Assembly: GCF_036321535.1 (NCBI RefSeq)
Contig: NC_087437.1
Span: 105,774,001-105,838,000 of the forward strand
Reading direction: 5' to 3'
DNA: 64,000 nt
DNA from: Camelus dromedarius
Lineage: Eukaryota
Shown: positions 53,879 through 64,000 of the stretch, piece by piece
How positions within the stretch are numbered: position 1 is the stretch's first letter
Layout: each line of letters opens with the position of its first letter
The notes under the pieces: model-generated
Database searches by the model: none
What the model was told of the DNA's origin: nothing
What the model saw: the letters and a program-made list of their open reading frames with translations, nothing else
Position numbers and translations under genes: made by a program

Positions 53879-54864
53879 GATATTACAAATACTGAATTGT
53901 AACAATCATTGAATATCTCCTTTGGTTTCTCTTCTCCAAGTTAATCATGACTTTTTTCTTCATCACCTACCTGTGGATTTACTTAAGAAATTTCCCCTGA
54001 GGTGATGTTGAAATGGCCAGGATTATCTGATGGGCTGTCCATATTCAGTAACATCATTCTTTAGAAAATATTTTAACATATACGTATTTTAAAAAGATGC
54101 AAGAATTAAAGTGTAAAACCTCAAATATATTATTCATTTGTTAGGTATTTTTCCAATATAAATAACCTGTTTTTTACTGTAGCATTTAATTTTGTTCATA
54201 ATTATCAGGAGGAAAATATTTACTAGGAAGGAATAATTTATAGAAATAACTCTCCCCATAAAATGTATTCTTTAAAAATCTTATTTTAAGTAAGATTTCA
54301 AAAGTAAAAATAAAGACAGATAACCAAGTCACTGAAAAAGGCCCTTATTTGACAACTGGAGGAAGAAAAATACTTATTATTTCCAAAAAGAATGTATGTT
54401 TTGGTTTGAAAATGTTTTCTGAAAACATCAAGTAAATCTCCATCTCTATTAAAAGAGGAAATGATAAAGTTTACATGTCCATGTAAAACTCAATCACAGT
54501 TTTTCCTATAAACAATACACTATAGGCAGGAATAAGCAAGAAATCAGTTTCAATCAGACAGAAAAATTCTATTTTGACTATGATGAACAAATATGGTAGT
54601 ATTTAACTAATTCGCTAGTGATTCTTTACAACATCTAACATACCCATATACACTGAGCACTTAACCAAAATACTCTATTGGTTGTAAGTGTCACTACTTA
54701 CAGATATTTACAGCTATCTAATATAGTTTCATGATGATTAGATGTGAGAAATTTTATTCTTTAAACACAGACTATCTTTATATGTGTGTGAATTATTTCC
54801 TATTTATTTATTCTTGGATTTACTTAGTTTATACGACAGAGTTGATTTGCAGTATTTTTCTTGA

Positions 54865-55085
54865 CACTAAATTAAATCTGCCCAGCTGAAAAAGAATCAG
54901 GGAGAACAGCTACAGCTAATGAATAGTTAACGCTGTTTACCATGCAATTATCTTGCCTGAAATAACAGGATTATGTACAGCAGTCGATAGGATAATTTAT
55001 CAGATATTATCCCTCTTTTCAAAGGTTTCATCTTAAATCATGCAAAATACATTTTGACAGCATCTTTAAGCTTCTAATTAACTTA
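54865..55085. promoter_or_regulatory. Candidate enhancer / conserved non-coding element
   Basis: No recognisable repeat; dense GATA palindrome, FOX tgtttac, E-box cagctg, TCF ttcaaag, MEIS tgacag and taatta motifs. Confidence 0.35.
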
Positions 55086-55860
55086 CAAAGAACTTTTGAA
55101 ATATCTCCCTTCACATGTCATTTTTCCATATTTTCTCCTAATTGCTATCAGCTTTTTTCTAGTTAAAAACGCAGTGGTACTACCTTTTACTTTTTGTGGA
55201 GATTACTTGTGCAGGGAGATTAAGTTAGGTCTGCAAATGGGGCATGGCAAAACAGACTTCGCATGGTTTATTCAACCCCGGATACTCAAGATTTTATATG
55301 CAGAGACTTGACTGAGACGTTACCCATTAATAATAGTCACGAGTATAAGTTTATTGTTCATATTTATTGAGTGATTACTATGGACCAGACTCTGTTTTAG
55401 CACTTCACTATTTATTAGTTAATTACCAATTATCTGACAACAAATAGGATTTGGGGATTGATCTAATCTAGTTAAACACTGGCTTTAAGAAAACTAGATA
55501 AAATTGACAATCTGACAGTAACTCTTGATACTTGGGGGGAAAAGCATGACCACTTTAAAGGAAGATTGAACCGTTTATGACACCAATCCAGATATTCACA
55601 CTGGAAGCGAAGGGGCAGCTATTGTGTCCTCCAATTCCGAGAATTTATTTTCCATATTAATGTTTCAGCATTTCTTTTAGATCAGACCCCTAAAATAACA
55701 TTGTAGGATTCTCAGTGATTTTAATTAAATTGTGCAAAATGTGATTTCTCCTTTTTCTGTAGATTTTATTCATGTCCTATTTGTAACAAAATAATGCACA
55801 TTCAAAACACGTTTAAGGTGCAGGGTTTTGTCCTGAACAATTTAGTGCAGATTTGCTTAC

Positions 55861-55953
55861 CCAGCAAACTCTCTCATCTCTTTTGCTTCCAGCAGTTAAG
55901 ATTTTGTTAATGCCTTAAGCCAACTCAATTTTTCATCCCTGTTCTTATGCAGG
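55861..55953 (-). other. Candidate exon (93 nt) carrying a putative ATG
   Basis: ctgat...cttcttcgttctattgtcctcag| ... TGG|gtaagc; GAG-ATG at 55877 preceded by an in-frame TAA. Confidence 0.3.
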
Positions 55954-58900
55954 CTGAGGACAATAGAACGAAGAAGCACCAGCACATCAGCAAACTATGT
56001 ACATTCAAAGAAAATGTATGTTTGTGTATCTTATATGAATAAAAGCTCATAGTTCTGATGAGCACTACTCAGAAGCAAGCTGAACTCTCAGATTTGTTTG
56101 AATCTCCAGGGGAACAGAATATTTTCTTTTATATTTAAGCTCAGTAATGACTCACCAAACACAATTTTGAAACTTCAGTGAAAGGTTTTCTTTGTATTTT
56201 CTAAAATTATGACGATTTTTTCCTGTACTAGAAAAGACAGAAGAAAAGTGTCACTGTTAAAATCTAAATTATTGATCCAAAATATTGAGCCTAGAATTCT
56301 AAGTAATTAAAAGAGCCACTATAAATGGCACATATATGTTTAATAACTTAATAACCTTACAAGATACATTCATTCTTCTAAAATTACTTTAGTCCATTTA
56401 TTTCCATAAACTTTCATGGTTGTAATCTCCTTCTCCTTTCAAAAGTCTAGTAAGACTTCAATTTTCCTTCACAGTTGTTAGTCATTCTTCTCAAGAAGAA
56501 AAATGATTTGGGAAATGATGTGGAATAGGATTCCCCTGCTGCTTTCAATCCAGAAGATGCTATGGGGTGGAACCTGCCTGGGGGTCCCTGCTGATCCTTA
56601 ATGTTCCATCAGCATTGCCAAAGAGTCACCCTAACCAGCAGTTTTATCTATTTCTCTCTCCAAGTAAAAAAATACAATTATTGTCTCTGGGTGAGACTTT
56701 CATAGATTAATAAAACTGTACCTCAAGACCTTCTAAGGATTATGATTAAGAAATTCATTCACTCATTCATTCATTAGTTCTTATATTTGCACATATGTAC
56801 AAGTATAAATTCACTTATCATGCACTCTATCAGAATTTATGTTAAGATGATAATTTTTTAATTACACACCGAAAATGTGATCTCAGCTAATGTGATTGGA
56901 AAAGGTCATATTACAATTGGAATGGAGATGGATGTATCAAAGACCCACACAAAACTCAATACATCTTATATATCATAAATCTTACTTTCAGTACTTTTAG
57001 TATTTGAGAATAATGCAACCTTCAGAATATCTGTGTTTCTTTCAATTGGTAGTGCATATTAACATAATTTAAAAGACTACAATATAAGAGTTATAGGTCA
57101 GCATATTTATTAAATTTTGCTGAGATATTTACTTTTAATTTCTAATAATTTTAGCAAGTGTGTAATAAAGATATTTTTCTCCATTTCCTCTTCCCTTAAT
57201 TTCCAGTTCTTTCAGACTCCACTTATCACCAATGTTCCCAGTGTTATCTGAAAAATATGTGTTCATTTCAAATTATATATGTGTGTGTATATACATATAC
57301 ATTATGTAGATTGTTATGTAGAACAACTTAAACTAATACAATATTGTATGCCAATTGTATTGTATCTCAATAAATATACAAATCACTAAAAATATCAGAT
57401 ACACTAAATTGACTTATCAATGCCAATGTACTTTGCTTTGCAGAAATATTTCCATTTAAAAAAGAGATTCCTACTGGAAGACTATCAGATTCCACAACAC
57501 CTTTTGAGGGACAATATTTTAGAGGATGGACAAACTACAAAATAAGCCATAAGAAACTGTAACTCTCAACCATATCAAGGCTAATTGTGACACTAATGTA
57601 AGCAAGGCATTGCATAAAGGTGAAAAAGGTGACTGAATGCATGGGGCTATATGGAGAACACTGAGTCAGTATTTGTGGAATAAGTAGAATAGATCTCTAC
57701 TTCCACTCTCATTCTCGCTCTTTAAATTGACCTGTAGATTAGGCTCCTCTCTTCCTGTTGTGAGTTCTCATCAATGTCACACAGCATAAAACAAATAAAA
57801 ATGTCCTAAAAGAGCTGATCCTCCCAACTCACCAGAACAGAGTATTTTCAAGGTTATCTCTTATGAGTTGATCAGATAATCACATAGAGCAATTACAAAA
57901 AAAAAAAAATTGCTAACATAGAGTTAAAATGTTCTAAGAACAAAAGAGAGAAAAACAGAGATCACCATGGGGGTAGCATCACTCAATACTATGCTGTCTG
58001 CTAATAGGAGAAAGAAATACCAACCGAAACAACTCAGATCTTAGCCCTATGCTAATAAAGAAAAATGACACAAGTCATAGTGTTAATTGGCACCTCCTTG
58101 GTAGAAAGAAACTATCAAAGATGTAAAGAGGAAATAGCTCGATCTTCAACCTTTTTATCCCATTGTATATATGACCACAGGTCTTTTATACCTCCTGTCT
58201 AGAGAATTCCCTACTCCCTTGAAGCATAATTAAAAAATCAAAAATGTGCTTCTTGTGGTATACAAAACAATTTCCAGCTAAAAAACTTTAAAGAACAATT
58301 ACCAAATACATGTATAAGTCATCCCTCAGCAATTGTGAAGGGAGTAAATCTTAAAACCAGACTGAGATGAGGTACAAGATTACAATTGGTATTCGAAATA
58401 AAGTTGCCTTTCCCTTTCCCTTCCTTTTTTTTTGTTTTCTGAACAAATTCAGAGCCTGGGTTATGAGTGACATGACTGCCTGAGAAACACCAGCCAACCT
58501 GGAATGACTGCTCACACTGCTGAGTTTGTTTGCAAATAAAATAAAAGCAAGAAGAAAAACAGAGACATAATTACGAAAGACACTAGAATATGGAAAAGAG
58601 ATTAAGCCTTATTAAAATATCATTCCTAGGCGTCAGCAGCAGTTCTATAATTAATAATATAACAGTCGACTGCACTAAGCCTCATAACAGAAATTAAATT
58701 TTCATTTATGAACAGAAATAATGAGGTAACATAAAAAGATTGGGCTTGAGTTTTTCTGCTACTGAAGATTAATAATTGCCTAAGGTCTCTATTCAGAATT
58801 AAGACCCACATTTGGTTGTAGGGAAAGATAATTCACGGGGTGTGCAAACACTCTTTAACCCTGGACTGCACTCATGACAAGAGTGGGATAATTTCCATTT

Positions 58901-61334
58901 CACCATCCCTGGAGTCAGACTATGTCCATTCTTGCCTATTTCACTCTATGCAATAGATAAAAGTAAATGTGCCCTTTTGAGAGAAAGAAAAAAATGCAAT
59001 ATACATGGACAAAAAACTTATAGGTTGCTTTTCAGAAAGGAGCCCTTGGCATATAAAAATTCAGTTCAGGGTTCTTCCAGCAATTGATGAGTGTCTTTAA
59101 TATCTGTAAGGAGATTTAGTTTCCATGGAAAAATGACAGCAGAGAATAAACAAGATGTGTGCAATTTCTTTGGGAAACAATCTGAACACTGCTATACAGT
59201 TTCACCCTTGTTTTGTTTGCCAGGGGTTTTTAATTTGTGGTATAGTGTTTAAATCCTGTATATATAAACTAGACATATTTAGCCTACGATTTACTCAGCT
59301 TAGCATATCCATGAACAAAAAAAGTTAAGAAAAAATCATTAAAAAGTGTTTTTATTTATAGATACAGTGCTCATTTTATTTACCCTCTCTTTTGAGAATA
59401 GAAATTGTATAATTGTCCCGAATTTTCATTTTTAACTCACCAAATATCACTCGGTATGATTCTCCTGTAGACTTGGTTTTCAGGTTAATTTTTTTTTTAA
59501 TTAGATACCTCAGCAAGATCAAAGAGCAGAGAGAGAGTTGATATCTATTTAATCCCAAAGATGCATCAGCCACTTTCAATGTGTACATCATTGCATCCTC
59601 AAATACCCCTATGTGTTGGATGTTTCTATCTCTTTTTTTATGAAGGGAGAAAGTCAGTCTAAAGGAAGTCTGCTTAAATCCAGAGCATTACATTCTTTCC
59701 ACTTGACTTTTTGATGCAGTTAATCTTTAATGTTCCTAAATGGTTTCAAAAATGTAATCTTATTTTTACCTAGAAAGATAGATATAGAAACACATGCACA
59801 CACTCACACATGTATACACACACAGTAACTGGAGACCCTAGGTTACTGGAGAATATATGGCAAAAGATTGTATTCCAGTTGTTACGGTTTACTATAATCT
59901 TGACTGAGACAAAATGATGGTGTTGTATCAGCCAGCACTTCTCACTCCTAAACTCTGATCAAAAAAAACTTTTCCCCAGGTGCTTTTAAGTGAATAATTA
60001 TGGCCCTTCTCGTCACTCACTCTAGAGACACGGAGATTTTTATTTTATCCATTCTGTCAAGCATAGGCTCACCTCTCATTCATCCAACATCTGTCTTCAA
60101 AAATCTGTTGAATGCTGTTTCATTTTCTTCATCCTAGTAGGCTTGTGCTTAAAAAACAAAACAAAACAAAAAAACACTTCCTCTACTCTCATTTTAATAA
60201 CGTCTGAAAAGGGAACAGAGCCAAGTACATGAATTTAAGCCATCGAGTTTCACTTCCCCTACTCACTCTTCTACTTATTCTACTTAACTGTTGTTCCTCT
60301 GAATATTTACCTGCCAAGGTCACCAACAAATTCCATGCTGCTAAATCCGTTATCTGCACTTCTATTCTCATGCAGCTTGTTTTTTCATTCAATACAGTTG
60401 ATTACTGTCTTTTTTCTTGAAACATGCTTATTTCTAGCTTTACTGGCATCACTCAGTCCCAGCTCTTCTTTTACGTGTTCAGCTGTCTTTCTGCCTTTCC
60501 CTGTTGGCTCCACAATGAGGAAAATCAACAGACACAACAATCAGAAAGGTCTTCAGATAACCGAACAATTCAAGAGTGATTCATTATGTTTAAAATAATG
60601 AAAGATACAGCAGTAAAGAATAACATAAGAAAAGACAAAGAAAATGTGTAAATAAAGTTAGCATATGTGGTAAATGAAAAGCAGGGTATGTTTACTTAGA
60701 GCTATGCAACATCTGAATCAGTGAAATGTTTACTAATTTTTTTTGCTCATCATTGTTTCATGTATTTTAACCCTCATTCTGAAACACATTCCTCAGTAGT
60801 TCTTTCACCAAATCTCTTAGTGACAGCTTTTATTCTTTGTTCATTTGAAAATGTCTTTCTTTCACACATACTCAAAAATGATAGTTTAGCTAGAAATAAA
60901 ATTATAAGCTCAGTATTTTGAATATTTAGTCTACAAGTTTCTACTGTTACTTTTAAGAAATCTGATGTCAGCTTTAATTGGTTTCTTTCCTAAGTAATAT
61001 GCCTTTGTTTTCTATTGTAGATTAGAAAATATTACCATTTTATATTATTATTAAGTTATTCCCTTTGTCTTTGGTAACAAAAAAATTGATAAAATGTTAC
61101 AATTCATAAAAAGTTTTAAAATATGAAAAGCTTTTGTATCATTTGTGGATGATTCATCACCAAATCCTTTCCATTTGTTCATCCTCTTAAGGAAAGAATT
61201 TGCAAGAGTTGAAAATGCTGTCAGAGTCCCAGTCAATGAAGCTATAATTTAAAGCAAAGATACACCACTGAGATAGTGGCAGGTAAAGTATTGCAGGCAT
61301 GTATTTAATAAGAAGTCAGCAAATGAGAGGTCTC

Positions 61335-61880
61335 ACTCCAAAATATTTGTTGAGTGTCCACTATTTGCCAAACATTCTCAAGTACATAAATGAAAATGAT
61401 AATGCCCATACTTCTGTGAACCTTTTGTTCTCTGATCTACAGGAGTGGAGCGACAATAAACAGAAGCATATAAATATGTAACAAGTTCTGTGATCATAAG
61501 TTAGTGCTATGTAGGAAAATCAAGAAGGGCAAGAAAGATGGAATTGGACAGAGGGACCGACAAATTCAAAAGCCATGAGGGGCTATATTTGTAGCATGTT
61601 TGGGGAATGGCGTGGAGACCAGTGTGGTTGGAACAGAAAAGGGATGGAGGGAGCGGCAGGAGAGGAGACAAGGTCAGGAGTTTGGTAGGGCGACGGAGAT
61701 TGCAGAATGGACAGAGACAGCGGTGGAATAGATCATGCAGCCCTTTCCTTGTAGTCTTATACTCAGAAGGAAACCATGAGTAAGTTTGAACAGAGAGAAG
61801 TGACATGATTATATATGTATTAAAAGATAGATCTGGCTTCTGCGTGTAAATAGATCATAAGAGTAAATAATAGAGTCAGG
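61335..61880 (-). mobile_element. L2 3' region
   Basis: aaatatttgttgagtgtccactatttgcca...ggagaccagtgtggttggaacaga...tttgaacagagagaagtgacatgat. Confidence 0.75.
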
Positions 61881-62394
61881 GAAGGAGGAGAGGCATTGTG
61901 AGCTAATGTGTCTGTGGTGACCCTGGTGACTTGCTATAGAAACCACAATTCCATATATGTCTATTGCTGTAGGTGAGCTTTCTCAAACTTTACTGCCAAA
62001 GTTGGGGTTGCCACAATGGCACAGTAAAGCAAAGACTGAGGATTGGAGAGCTGACAGCTACATCTGATCAGAACTGGGAAGCTATCGCATAGAAGGATCT
62101 GGAAACCACCATACAATGTATGGCAAGCAGATTTAGCCTCACTCTAGGGACAGCAGGTTTTCCCAGGTGTGACTACAGGGGTCTATCAAAGAATATTTTC
62201 TCCAAATATCTTGTACTTTGGCTTTTAAACTTTCAAAATTAGTCATTTGTACGATTCACACTAAGTTAAATTTCTAAACATTTAAAAAGTGGAAAAAGAG
62301 ACAAAGGAAGTGAATTTTAATTTCATTTAATTTTAAATAACTAAGGTTAAAATTTAAAACTGTATGCTCACCAAACACACACTCACACACACAC

Positions 62395-63403
62395 ACAATA
62401 ATGGAGGTATGTCAAAAGGACTCCCAATGACCAAAGTTGGAAAAATGTGAGCAATAAAATAATGTAACGAATTATAACCCAAAGCATAAAACAAATAGCC
62501 ATAAATCCATACAGATATAAATAATAGAATGAATAAATAAACAAATAAAAAAACAAACAAACAAACAAATAAATAAATAGTGAGTAAGAAAAAATTGTCC
62601 TTGAAGAGCTCCAAATAGCAGGTTGATATTTCACCATGAAGGAGGAGCAGCCTAACGCCCTACATCTGAAGTGTGCATTGTCCACAGTGACTTTCTTCCA
62701 AAGAGTATAGTATGGAAAGGGGAAAAAAGAATAACTTTACAACAGGGAAACCTGACAAACACCACCTGAGCCAGGTGACTAAGGGCAACAGCAACAGTGA
62801 TAAGTCACATTGCTGTTATAACAACGATGATAGTATAACATCAGTAGTGTTCATAGTATGAGACATGTAGATGGTACAGGTGATACCTTTGATATGATGT
62901 GATGGAGAATGACATTTTACCCCTTGTGGTCTTCCTCTCAAAAAAACCCAGATCCCAATATAATTATGAGAAAAAATTTTTTTAAAAATACCAGTTGAAG
63001 TACATTCTACAAAATACCTGATCAATAATACTCAGAAGTATGAAGATCATCAAAAACAAGAAAAGTCTGAGAAAATGTTACAGCCAAAATGTGCCTAAGT
63101 AGACCTGGTGACTAAATGAAACATGGTACCCGGGATGGGCTTCTGGACCAGTAAAGGACATTTAATAAAAACTAAGGGAATCTGAATAAAATAGGGGCTC
63201 TGGTTAATAATAATGTACAAAGATTGGTTCATTAATCATGAATAGCTTATTAATGTAAGATTGAGTCCTTAATCACTAATTAGCTTATTAATGTAAGATA
63301 TAAATAATGAGAAAATCTGGGTGTGGGGTATATAGAAGTTTGCTGTTCAACTTCTCTGTAAATCTAAATCTTTTCAAAATAAAAAAGTTTATTTAGAAAA
63401 AAA
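62395..63403 (+). mobile_element. Old L1 (L1MC/L1MD-class) 3' UTR
   Basis: gtgactttcttccaaagagtatagtatggaaaggg...gaaacctgacaaacaccacctgagccaggtga...ctgtaaatctaaa...aaaataaaaaagtt. Confidence 0.85.
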
Positions 63404-63539
63404 CTGTTTAATGCCGAGGCCTGGTCTCCTAAACTGAGAGGGATCTGCTTCTTTTACTGGCAGCTGGGATGCTGTTTTTAACAGTCTCTTCACTGGGTCT
63501 GATGATCAGTCAAGGTTGAAAATGACTCTGAAAAAAGGT

Positions 63540-63979
63540 ACGTCTTTGTCTTTGAATGATGTGAACATTATTTGTATTGAAGTTGAAGTTATTAATATTT
63601 ACACTTTCAGTACAAAACTTTTTAAAAACTTAGTGAAATATTTTAGTAGTCTTGGAACAACTTGGGTAGTGAATCTTTTTCCAGCTATAAATTTTATGAA
63701 ATCTAAACACAGATCTGGTATTCTGATGAAAATTTAGCATCCTAATTGAAGTATTCAGTATGTATAAGCATGCCAGATTTTAAAGGCTCTGTATGAAAAA
63801 TTACGTAAAAATTATCACATTAAGAAGTTTTTTTGTGTTGAAATGATATTTTGGATATTGTGTCAAAACTTATTATCAAAATTAATTTCATCTGTTCCTT
63901 TTTCACTTTTTAAGTATAACCTTTAGAAAATTTTAAATTACATATTTGGCTTACTTTATATTTCTAGTGGCCAGTGTTG
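63540..63979 (+). mobile_element. Charlie1-type hAT DNA transposon 3' end (MER33-related terminus)
   Basis: ORF 63516-63737 ends ...LGTTWV..LF.AINFMKSKHRSGI, resembling the hAT C-terminal dimerisation domain; terminal tatatttctagtggccagtgttg. Confidence 0.75.
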
Positions 63980-64000
63980 GTCTAAACCACTATTCTGTAT

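Noticed and set aside
55897..55952. LHKNRDEKLSWLKALTKS resembling a PH-domain terminal helix
   Set aside because: Too short, followed immediately by a stop, and no other PH-like exon found
1..64000. CRISPR arrays, operons, rRNA, CpG-island promoter or known miRNA hairpins
   Set aside because: None seen; this is mammalian repeat-rich, CpG-poor DNA, and I recognised no mature miRNA by eye

Overview
This is AT-rich, CpG-depleted mammalian DNA, most likely camelid, judging by a tRNA-derived Vic-1-type SINE and lineage-typical L1 3' ends. It looks intergenic or deep-intronic. I recognise no intact host protein-coding gene, and nearly all ORF-track entries are spurious or repeat-derived. Retroelement fossils dominate: young and old L1 fragments, L2, MIR, MaLR/ERVL/ERV1 LTRs, and a decayed minus-strand ERV provirus with recognisable integrase motifs and younger elements nested inside it. 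There are also hAT-Charlie DNA transposon remnants, a full-length U6 retrocopy and microsatellites. The best non-repeat signals are three. First, a set of minus-strand exon candidates (strongest 46330-46411) that can be chained in frame into a hypothetical 121-aa ORF. Second, a TSD-flanked orphan retrocopy of non-TE sequence (14357-14530). Third, enhancer-like blocks sharing an inverted GATA pair. Repeat subfamily names come from recalled consensus similarity, and boundaries of old elements are approximate.
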